Translations under genes and position numbers: made by a program
Assembly: GCA_021399345.1 (NCBI GenBank)
Contig: JAAFKI010000171.1
Location: 1-22,013, forward strand
Source: Candidatus Heimdallarchaeota archaeon
GTDB lineage: Archaea; Asgardarchaeota; Heimdallarchaeia; Heimdallarchaeales; Heimdallarchaeaceae
DNA length: 22,013 bases
Reading direction: 5' to 3'
In this document: one piece after another, positions 1 to 7,612 of the stretch
Position numbering within the stretch: position 1 is the first letter of the stretch
Layout: the number at the start of each line of letters is the position of its first letter
Notes under the pieces: model-generated
Told to the model about the DNA's origin: nothing
Database searches by the model: none
Seen by the model: only the letters and a program-made list of their open reading frames with translations

Positions 1-1476
1 CATGTTGATTGACATATCCGCTTGATAACCTGTTTTTGCTAATACATAATGCATTTGTGGTTTATCCTTATAATCTGCTTGAACAGAGTAATACCAACAA
101 CTAAGAATATCTATTGTACCTGCTTCCATTTCGGCAACAGCGTTATCTTTGCCAATAATGTATGTGTGATGAAGTTCTTCTAGTAATGCATTGTTTCCTC
201 CTGAGCTAGTAAGGTTATTCCAGTATAGATTTGGAACCATTTTGACTAAGTCGTTATTCGTTGGTTCATACAGTTCTAATTTGAAAGGGCCACAAGATTT
301 TACTAAACTATTTGTGACATTTCCTGTCAATGGCGTTTCTGTGAAAATTGTATAACCATGTGAAGTTATAAGTGGTTCAACTTCACTTTTATCAATAATC
401 CCTTCTGAAAGCACACTAAAAGGAGAGTAGCAGAATCTAGAGAAGTTAAAATTCAGCCTATGCGAATCAACTATCTCTATTGATTGATTATTTTCAAACC
501 AATATTTCAGTTCAGTATATTTTGTTGAATTCACACTAGGAGTCAAATGTAGCTCATAAGTATATTCTATATCCTCGGCTAAAACGGGATTCCCATCAGA
601 AAACTTAGCATTTGGATCGATGTTTACAGTATAATTTCGAAGGTCTGAGCTTACTGAATAATTTAGGGTAATTTCTGGTTCCCAATAATGATTAGTTTGT
701 TCTCTTTGGAATAATCTACCATATACTGCATTCATCCATTGAGCATCTGGGGTGCTAACCCAATCATATTTAGGATGTTCTTCAAGTAGAAAAATATTTT
801 GTGCTTCTAAATCCCCAGGACATGCATATGTGATTATTTGATTTTCAGTGTTATTCCAGAGTTCAGGTCTATGAGTTGAATCATATAATAGATCCCAATC
901 TACTCCTATAATTGTATCTCTCCATCCAAACAAAGCTCGTCCATAAAGGACACTAATAGCTGGTAAGTCTTCATACAATATGCTTTGTAACTCATGGAAA
1001 AAATGAGTCTTTAGAGTTCGATTTAATTCTCCCAAATATTGAATTAGTTTTGCATCATAAGCTGGATTTACATATTGATAAAAATTCTCTCTATTCCAGC
1101 TATAAGGTGAATCAAACATGCCTACAAGATCTGGATTTAAATCCCAAGTAAATTTGTTGAATAATATATCATATCCACCTTGATCGTATAAAGGAATACT
1201 ATCAAAATCTAATAGAGGATAATTCCATGTACGATATCCTATTTCTTCCCAACTAGTAGATTCATGAAAATCTATACCAATACCAATTTTAGGTAAAGTA
1301 TTTTCCATCAACATTGACCATTGACCACATCTAGCTGGTGAATCGTTGGGTGAAAGGAAATTTACAGAAAAAACTATGTTTACTTCATATGACTCCTCAG
1401 ATATGCTCAAATTAGCTAAAAGGGGAAGCGATATTAAACAAATAATCATGATGGAAAGATACTTTCGACTCTTCAT
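1..1476 (-). CDS. ABC transporter substrate-binding protein, family 5 (peptide/nickel type), paralog A; 3'-truncated by the window edge
   Basis: Not in the ORF track. Manual translation from ATG 1476 is open for 492 codons to position 1 (MKSRKYLSIMIICLISLP...PKIGIGIDF...YEDLPAI...PNAKFSDGNPVLAEDIEYTY...SCGPFKL...DMSINM). It is colinear with the 1597..3420 protein. Confidence 0.92.
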   Translation of the reverse strand, partial: MKSRKYLSIMIICLISLPLLANLSISEESYEVNIVFSVNFLSPNDSPARCGQWSMLMENTLPKIGIGIDFHESTSWEEIGYRTWNYPLLDFDSIPLYDQGGYDILFNKFTWDLNPDLVGMFDSPYSWNRENFYQYVNPAYDAKLIQYLGELNRTLKTHFFHELQSILYEDLPAISVLYGRALFGWRDTIIGVDWDLLYDSTHRPELWNNTENQIITYACPGDLEAQNIFLLEEHPKYDWVSTPDAQWMNAVYGRLFQREQTNHYWEPEITLNYSVSSDLRNYTVNIDPNAKFSDGNPVLAEDIEYTYELHLTPSVNSTKYTELKYWFENNQSIEIVDSHRLNFNFSRFCYSPFSVLSEGIIDKSEVEPLITSHGYTIFTETPLTGNVTNSLVKSCGPFKLELYEPTNNDLVKMVPNLYWNNLTSSGGNNALLEELHHTYIIGKDNAVAEMEAGTIDILSCWYYSVQADYKDKPQMHYVLAKTGYQADMSINM

Positions 1477-1596
1477 TTATTTCAACTAAATATATAGGTT
1501 AGAGAACTTATATATTTTTGGTAGAAGTGGAAAAAGGTTCTTAAGTGTCTCAAATCTGAAGTTCTTGATGCTTAAATCTTTTAAGAATAATCCTTT
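1462..1596. repeat. 135-bp direct repeat, copy A (SBP start, divergent promoter and first codons of the neighbouring gene)
   Basis: Aligns without gaps to 3406..3540 (offset 1944) with 5 mismatches counted by eye. Confidence 0.95.
1488..1545. promoter_or_regulatory. Divergent archaeal promoter pair with 13-4-13 inverted repeat (copy A)
   Basis: AAATATATAGGTT-AGAG-AACTTATATATTT at 1488..1517 (1 mismatch). The minus strand reads CCAAAAATATATAAG (BRE+TATA-like) about 30-40 nt before ATG 1476. The plus strand has GAAAAAGGTTCTTAAG at 1530..1545. Confidence 0.6.
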
Positions 1597-3420
1597 TCAA
1601 TTTAATTTTCTTTTTCTTATTCCGATAATAGTTGTTAACCCGATTGTCATTATTAACAGACTTGTGAAAGTTGTTTTTGTTGGTTTTATTCTAACATCAT
1701 ACCCTGCTTGTTCCATATACTCGATTGCTTGTTCTAGATCATATGAGTAAGGTTCTAATGATTCGTTGTATCCCACACATATATCTCCAATAACTGAAGT
1801 TCCAGGAGTTGCTAGTCCGCTGTAGCGATGTTCCACTAGAGCCTCTCTTGGGACTGCATGGCTAATTGCTTTTCTGATAAGTTTGGCTGCTTCTGGAGTA
1901 CCTAAAGGAGTCAATTCTCCTGTTCCCATTATTGGATGTCTCATATTTATTGACATATCATCTATAAAACCTGATTTTGCAAGAACATATTGAATGTCAG
2001 GATTATTCTCATAATCCTCTTGTGATGACCAATAAAAACAGTCAACTATATCTACTAAATTGTCAGCAAGAGCTGCTACAGTAGTATCCTTACCCCTAAT
2101 ATATGTTTGATAATATTCTTTCAAAAAAGGATTATTCCCTCCTGAACTAGTTAAATTATTCCAGTATATATTTGGGACCATTTTTATTGTTTGGTTATTC
2201 ATTGGTTCATAGAGTTCTAATTTGAAAGGTCCGCAGGATTTGACTAAACTATCTGTTACATTAGCTGATAACGGCGCTTCTGAAAAAATTGAATAGCCAT
2301 GAGCTGCAATTAAAGGTTCAACATCACTTTTATCAATAATTCCTTCTGAAAGCACTTGAAGGGGCTTATAACAATATTTTGAGAAGTTGAAATTTATAGT
2401 TAGAGTATCAACAATTTCTATTGATTGGTTAGTTGAAAACCAGTTTAGTAGTTTATTATATTCAGGGGAATTAACACTGGGTGTCATAAGTAGTTCATAA
2501 GAATACTGAATGTCCTCTGCTAAAACCTGACTTCCATCTGAGAACTTTGCATTTGGATCAATGTAAACAGTATAATTTCTCAAATCTGAACTTATGGCGA
2601 AATCCAATGCAATTTCTGGTTCCCAATAATGTGTTGTTTGTTCTCTTTGGAATAATCTACCATATACAGCATTCATCCATTTAGCATCGGAATTATCTAA
2701 CCATTGTTGAGAAGGATATTTATCAAGTAAGAAAGCGCTTGGTACATCTAAATCTCCCCCAATAGCGTATGTTATTATTTGATCATCAGTATCATTCCAA
2801 AGCTCAGGACGATGTGATGAATCATACAGTAGATCCCAATCTATTCCCATGATTGTAGTTCTTCTTCCATACAATTCTTTACCATAGATGACACCGATTG
2901 CTGGTTGATCTTCATACAAAATTCCCTGTAATTCTTGGAAATAATAATCCTTAAGAGTCTGATTAAATTCTGACATATATTGAGTCAATTTTTCATCATA
3001 TTCTGGGTTGACATATTGATAGAAATTTGGATTAGGAAAATTTGACAATGTAAGTGCATCAAACTTTCCAATTATATCTGGGTCAAGATCCCAATAGAAT
3101 CTGTTAAACAAAATATCATATCCTCCCTCTTCATAGGTTGGGACGTGATCGTATTCTATTCCTATTGGATAATTCCAAGTTCTTAATGCTATATACTCCC
3201 TCCAAGTTGAATTATGAAAATCAACTCTAATACCTATTTGAGGTAAAATATTTTCCATTAGCGTTCCCCAAGGGATTGTTACAGACGGACTAAATGAAAA
3301 GAAATTAACGGAAAAAACAATATTTACCTCTTCTGAATCTTCTGATAAACTCAAATTCGTTGAGATAGGGAGTAGAATTAATGAAAGAAAAATGATGAAC
3401 AGAAGCTTTCGACTCTTCAT
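1597..3420 (-). CDS. ABC transporter substrate-binding protein, family 5, paralog B, with signal peptide and C-terminal TM plus basic anchor
   Basis: Motifs KFSDG..AEDIQYSY, CGPFKL, IRKAISHAVPRE, YSYDLEQAIEYMEQAGY and YEDQPAI. Start moved from TTG 3429 to ATG 3420 because the equivalent upstream codon in copy A is a TAA stop. Confidence 0.92.
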   Translation of the reverse strand: MKSRKLLFIIFLSLILLPISTNLSLSEDSEEVNIVFSVNFFSFSPSVTIPWGTLMENILPQIGIRVDFHNSTWREYIALRTWNYPIGIEYDHVPTYEEGGYDILFNRFYWDLDPDIIGKFDALTLSNFPNPNFYQYVNPEYDEKLTQYMSEFNQTLKDYYFQELQGILYEDQPAIGVIYGKELYGRRTTIMGIDWDLLYDSSHRPELWNDTDDQIITYAIGGDLDVPSAFLLDKYPSQQWLDNSDAKWMNAVYGRLFQREQTTHYWEPEIALDFAISSDLRNYTVYIDPNAKFSDGSQVLAEDIQYSYELLMTPSVNSPEYNKLLNWFSTNQSIEIVDTLTINFNFSKYCYKPLQVLSEGIIDKSDVEPLIAAHGYSIFSEAPLSANVTDSLVKSCGPFKLELYEPMNNQTIKMVPNIYWNNLTSSGGNNPFLKEYYQTYIRGKDTTVAALADNLVDIVDCFYWSSQEDYENNPDIQYVLAKSGFIDDMSINMRHPIMGTGELTPLGTPEAAKLIRKAISHAVPREALVEHRYSGLATPGTSVIGDICVGYNESLEPYSYDLEQAIEYMEQAGYDVRIKPTKTTFTSLLIMTIGLTTIIGIRKRKLN

Positions 3421-3540
3421 TTGTTTCAACTAAATATATAGGTTAGAGAACTTATATATTTTTGGTAGAAATGGAAAAAGGTTCTTAAGTGTCTCAAATC
3501 TGAAGTTCTTAATGCTTAAATCTTTTTTGAATAATCCTTT
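3406..3540. repeat. 135-bp direct repeat, copy B
   Basis: 130 of 135 positions identical to 1462..1596. Confidence 0.95.
3432..3489. promoter_or_regulatory. Divergent promoter pair with 13-4-13 inverted repeat (copy B) serving SBP-B and the 3512 gene
   Basis: Same elements as copy A. TTCTTAAG lies 23-30 nt before ATG 3512 and the minus-strand ATATATAA lies about 32-39 nt before ATG 3420. Confidence 0.62.
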
Positions 3541-3928
3541 GAGATTCGAATTCCTCAAAATTTTCCTTTTAATTTGCATAATTCTCATAGGTGGAATCAT
3601 CCTTGGAATTCTAATTCCTCTTTATGAAAAGATTGATTGGCTGGATTTTCTTTTCTATTCCATTGTCAGTTTACTTATCCTTCTTTATCTTTCAATTAGC
3701 TTATACGTAAAAAAGAAGAAACTAGCGGAAATAAGTGCAGTCTTACAAGAACAAGAAAATACTCCTACAACAGCTTCTGCTTCTAATCTAAATAGAAGAC
3801 AAAAAGCTGGTGTTAAAGTTGACGAAACAGCTGCTGCTTACTGTCCTATGTGTAAGAATAGCTTTGGAAAAACATACCAGTTTTGTCCAAATTGTGGTTA
3901 TTGTGGGATAATTAAAAAGTTAAAATAA
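3512..3928 (+). CDS. Two-TM membrane protein with C-terminal zinc ribbon
   Basis: Two hydrophobic helices, a basic stop-transfer KKKK, a polar linker and CPMC-x9-CPNCGYC. Confidence 0.8.
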   Translation: MLKSFLNNPLRFEFLKIFLLICIILIGGIILGILIPLYEKIDWLDFLFYSIVSLLILLYLSISLYVKKKKLAEISAVLQEQENTPTTASASNLNRRQKAGVKVDETAAAYCPMCKNSFGKTYQFCPNCGYCGIIKKLK

Positions 3929-3933
3929 CTTCA

Positions 3934-4014
3934 TCACTTTTCTTCAATTTCTTTAATTGCGTTATTTGACCATTTCATAACAGCTTTTGAAACTTCAATA
4001 CCCATTTTAATTGT
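3934..4014 (-). pseudogene. 3' remnant of a PadR/AphA-like transcriptional regulator (C-terminal helix)
   Basis: Minus-strand translation TIKMGIEVSKAVMKWSNNAIKEIEEK followed by two stops resembles the PadR C-terminal pattern TL-x2-GI-x7-W-x3-AI. An in-frame stop lies just upstream and no HTH is present. Confidence 0.5.
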
Positions 4015-4020
4015 CTTGTT

Positions 4021-4350
4021 TATTTCACTGTTGTGGGGATTATTCTTATATTAGCTATTGCAGTTGGTAAAAGATCTTTTTGTCATCACGTTTGTTGGAT
4101 GGCTCCTTTCATGATTGTAGGAAGATGGCTAAGTAATCTTTTGCGAATTCCTTCATTTAGATTAAAAACCAATACTGAAGCTTGTATCGAATGTCATAGA
4201 TGTACCAGAGAATGTCCAATGAGTCTAGAAGTAGAAACTATGGTTCTAAAAGGGAAAATAGAGCATAGAGAATGTATCCTCTGTGGCACTTGTGCTGATG
4301 TTTGTCCAAAAAGTGTAATTACTTATTCTTTCAGCTCAAACAAAAAATAG
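4021..4350 (+). pseudogene. C-terminal half of a NapH/MauN-like membrane 4Fe-4S binding protein (5'-truncated)
   Basis: GKRSFCHHVCWMAPF (CxxxC membrane motif) plus two CxxCxxCxxxCP motifs. The N-terminal TM region is missing, there are in-frame stops at 3967 and 3988, and the only starts are GTG 4033 or internal ATGs. Confidence 0.7.
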
Positions 4351-4405
4351 ATTTCTTTGTTCTTTCTTTTATTTTAAAATTAACAAAAAAAGAGAAAGAA
4401 AAGAT
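4351..4405. terminator. Probable bidirectional archaeal T-tract terminator
   Basis: T-rich run followed by an A-rich run between convergent stops at 4350 and 4408. Confidence 0.5.
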
Positions 4406-4407
4406 TA

Positions 4408-6033
4408 CTATCTTCTTTTCTTAATTAGAGGAACAATTGCAATACATGAAACTAGAAAAGCAAGCAAAATTGAAGTTGTAGTATTAAACTCAGATATGGA
4501 ACTTAGTGGATAAGGATCCTCAGAATATGCGGTACCATATATTGAATAACTTCCTGTACCTGACCAATCGCTCCAGTAGTTGCCTTGATTCGTTGAAGTG
4601 TCATACCAAATATTTCCTTGACCTTCATCATAAGCTTGTCCATGTGATCCTCCTAAGCTATTGTCTATGAATATATTATGATGAATTATGTTATTTTTAG
4701 AATAGGAATCCAAAATTATACCGTAATACTGACTTAAAGTTACTGTATTAAAAATGACGTTATTATCAGTTACAATATCTGTTGTCATATAACCCAAAAG
4801 TATTCCATGACGATTATGATTTATACTGTTCTCTTCTATCAAGCAATCTTGTGAGTTAATTCCTATGCCTACTCTATTGTAATCACAAGTATTTCTAAGT
4901 ATATTAGAATTCATACTTCTGAAAATCTTAATTCCTTCACCGAAATTTTTACAAACGTTATCACTTACTATACTTCTATTTGAGTATTTTATCTCAATAC
5001 CAGATCCAGATCTCTGAAAATAATCGAGACCAATATAAGTATTGTTGCAAAAATTATTAATAATTTCTGTATCAGGGGAATAATAAGCTAGAATACAGTA
5101 TAGATTATTCACATTGATCGTATCAATCACTGAACAATTATCACTAAAGAATAGATGAATACCATAGTTTGGTTCTGGGTTAATTGAAGGATTAGTTATT
5201 AATATTCTAGAACTGTTTATCACTATAATTTGTCCATATAATGAAGCATCAATCGTTTGATCAGCTTCATTAAAAATAACTGCTACAGGAAGTCCATTTA
5301 TTGTGTTTTCTGTGAAAGTAAAGGTTGAATATGAATTAAGAGGGTCAGGGTCAAAATAAAAACCTGTATTAATTAGAGTATTATTACTAATGGTAGCCAA
5401 ATATAAGTAAGAGATGGAAATTCCAACAAGACTATTCTGAAGTGTGTTATTCAAAATACTAATTTCACCACTTGAGGATGATTCAATTGCAATCTTGCAA
5501 TTAGTACAATCATTATCTTGAATTGTGGAAAATCCAGCGAAATATGCATCGATACCTCTTTCAGAATCCAAAACTGTATTATTAAGAACTTGGCTTTGTA
5601 GTGTATTTTGAATAGATATGCCAAAATAATGTGATGAACAAGTGTTATTCCTAATTATTGCTCTTCCTGTACCAATATTAAATAGTATGATACCCCAAGT
5701 TGAGGTTTCAACATAACAATTTTCAATGATGAAATAGTCGTTAACATCAATAATTTTGATGCTATACGTAACACCATTAGTTATACTATAATTCGCAATA
5801 ATGAATGGAGTTCCAGGATCACCTGTACCAGGAAAACCATAAGTTGTGAAATCATCTGAAGAATCAATCAGAATAGGATCATGTGTTGTATAATTTAAAA
5901 TCACTTCATTAATTTCTTCAACACCATTAAGAGATATTATAGCTGTATCTGTTGATGTCAGACACGATAATAAAACTAATAATCCTAACAAGGAATATGA
6001 AAAAATCTTCTTCTTAAATATTTTTTTATCCAT
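4408..6033 (-). CDS. NosD/CASH right-handed parallel beta-helix surface protein with C-terminal sorting anchor
   Basis: HDPILIDS..GTPFIIANY N-cap, many I.NN...N..GI repeats, GNYWSDW...DPYP, and tail SEF+TM+KKRR. Start set at ATG 6033, which is preceded by a GGTGA ribosome-site motif and followed by a signal peptide. Confidence 0.88.
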   Translation of the reverse strand: MDKKIFKKKIFSYSLLGLLVLLSCLTSTDTAIISLNGVEEINEVILNYTTHDPILIDSSDDFTTYGFPGTGDPGTPFIIANYSITNGVTYSIKIIDVNDYFIIENCYVETSTWGIILFNIGTGRAIIRNNTCSSHYFGISIQNTLQSQVLNNTVLDSERGIDAYFAGFSTIQDNDCTNCKIAIESSSSGEISILNNTLQNSLVGISISYLYLATISNNTLINTGFYFDPDPLNSYSTFTFTENTINGLPVAVIFNEADQTIDASLYGQIIVINSSRILITNPSINPEPNYGIHLFFSDNCSVIDTINVNNLYCILAYYSPDTEIINNFCNNTYIGLDYFQRSGSGIEIKYSNRSIVSDNVCKNFGEGIKIFRSMNSNILRNTCDYNRVGIGINSQDCLIEENSINHNRHGILLGYMTTDIVTDNNVIFNTVTLSQYYGIILDSYSKNNIIHHNIFIDNSLGGSHGQAYDEGQGNIWYDTSTNQGNYWSDWSGTGSYSIYGTAYSEDPYPLSSISEFNTTTSILLAFLVSCIAIVPLIKKRR

Positions 6034-6213
6034 TTCTATCACCAATAGGTTAACTAGTAAGTATAAGCTTCCATGCAATAAATATCTTGTCCACAGAGTA
6101 CAATTTTTCGTTAAGAAGAAAGATTAGTGAATTATTTTTCTTTTTTAAATTTCTGCGGAAGATTTATAATTTAACGATATAGAACTAATTCTATTAAAAA
6201 CAAGGTTAAGAAA

Positions 6214-7530
6214 ATGACAGATGATAGAGCTATTATTCTAAAAGCTGATGAACTACCTGATAAGTGGTATAATATCATTCCTGATTTACCTGAACCTTTA
6301 CCACCCCCGATGGATCCACCTGAAGGATATTCTCGAATTGGTGATCTTCCCAATCTCCTGGTTGGTGAGTGTCTAAAACAAGAGATGTCTGCAGAGCGAT
6401 GGATCCCTATTCCTGAAGGAATTCAGGAGTTATACTTAGCCGCAGGAAGACCTAGAGCACTTTTCAGAGCCAAGAATCTTGAAAAGAAATTGGGCACTCC
6501 TGCAAAACTATTTTACAAATCAGAATTTTACAGCCCAACAGGTAGTCACAAAGTAAATACTGCCCTTGCACAAGCTTATTACGCAAAAGAACAAGGATTT
6601 GAGCGTCTTACAACTGAAACTGGCGCTGGTCAATGGGGTAATGCCCTCGCTTATGCTTCCAGTTTAGTTGGACTAGATTGTACCGTTTTTTGGGTTAGAG
6701 CAGTTTATAGATGGAAACCTCACAGATTGAACTTCATGCAAATGTTTGGAGCTGAAGTATATGCATCTCCAAGCCAGCAAACCGAGTTCGGGAAGAAATT
6801 ATATGCTGAAAATCCAGACCATAATGGATCATTAGGTATAGCTATTTCTGAAGGATTAGAAGATGCTAAGAAAGATCCAAAAGCTGTTTATTGTCTTGGT
6901 TCTGTTTTGAACCATGTAATGTTACATCAATCAATTATAGGTTTAGAGACTAAAAAACAGATGGAAATCGCTGGAGAATACCCCGATGTAGTTATTTCAT
7001 GCCTAGGTGGAGGAAGTAACTTTGGAGGTATTGCCTTACCCTGGATGCAAGATGTACTGAAAAAGAAAGCAGATATTCAGTTTATTGCTGCGCAAAGTGA
7101 AGCAGCTGCAAACTTACAAGGAGAGTACAAGTATGACTTTGCCGATCATGCAGAGATGACACCAATGCTGAAAATGTGTACTCTTGGTCATCAAGTTACT
7201 ATGGTCCCAATATTGGGAGATGGACTTAGGTATCACGGAAGTTCCCCGATTCTGAGTCTTTTGAGACATCTCGGATATATTGACACAATTGCGTATCCAA
7301 CAGATGAAGTACATATCTTCCAAAGGGCTAAAGAATTTGTTCAAGCCGAAGGATTCTTACCTGCGCCTGAATCAGCTTACAGTGTTGCCTGTGCAATAGA
7401 TGAAGCAATAAAATGTAAAGAAAATAATGAGAAGAAAACTATTCTTTTCAACATAAGTGGGCATGGTTTTCTAGATATGGATGGATATGCAGAAAAGCTT
7501 GGACTGAAAAAACAACCAGAGAGAGCATAA
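6214..7530 (+). CDS. trpB2: Tryptophan synthase beta chain type 2 (TrpB2), PLP-dependent
   Basis: SPTGSHKVNTA (PLP lysine), TTETGAGQWG, GSVLNHV, GGGSNF, GLRYHG, APES and FNISGHG, plus the long WYNI..DLPEP N-terminus typical of TrpB2. Confidence 0.93.
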   Translation: MTDDRAIILKADELPDKWYNIIPDLPEPLPPPMDPPEGYSRIGDLPNLLVGECLKQEMSAERWIPIPEGIQELYLAAGRPRALFRAKNLEKKLGTPAKLFYKSEFYSPTGSHKVNTALAQAYYAKEQGFERLTTETGAGQWGNALAYASSLVGLDCTVFWVRAVYRWKPHRLNFMQMFGAEVYASPSQQTEFGKKLYAENPDHNGSLGIAISEGLEDAKKDPKAVYCLGSVLNHVMLHQSIIGLETKKQMEIAGEYPDVVISCLGGGSNFGGIALPWMQDVLKKKADIQFIAAQSEAAANLQGEYKYDFADHAEMTPMLKMCTLGHQVTMVPILGDGLRYHGSSPILSLLRHLGYIDTIAYPTDEVHIFQRAKEFVQAEGFLPAPESAYSVACAIDEAIKCKENNEKKTILFNISGHGFLDMDGYAEKLGLKKQPERA

Positions 7531-7550
7531 AAATAAAATCTCCTCCATAC

Positions 7551-7603
7551 TATTTTTTTCTATTTTTTGATAATCTAAAAAGAAAAAGAGAAAGCGAGAA
7601 AAA
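7551..7603. terminator. Probable bidirectional T-tract terminator
   Basis: Two T runs followed by A-rich runs between the convergent trpB2 and MFS genes. Confidence 0.5.
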
Positions 7604-7612
7604 TATTCGATT

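Noticed and set aside
1462-3540. 135-bp repeats as CRISPR, IS ends or integron attC sites
   Set aside because: Only two direct copies containing promoter and gene-start sequence, with no spacers, terminal inverted repeats or recombinase.
6171-7344. Minus-strand ORFs 6171..6353 and 7114..7344
   Set aside because: Antisense shadows of trpB2 with no recognisable motifs.
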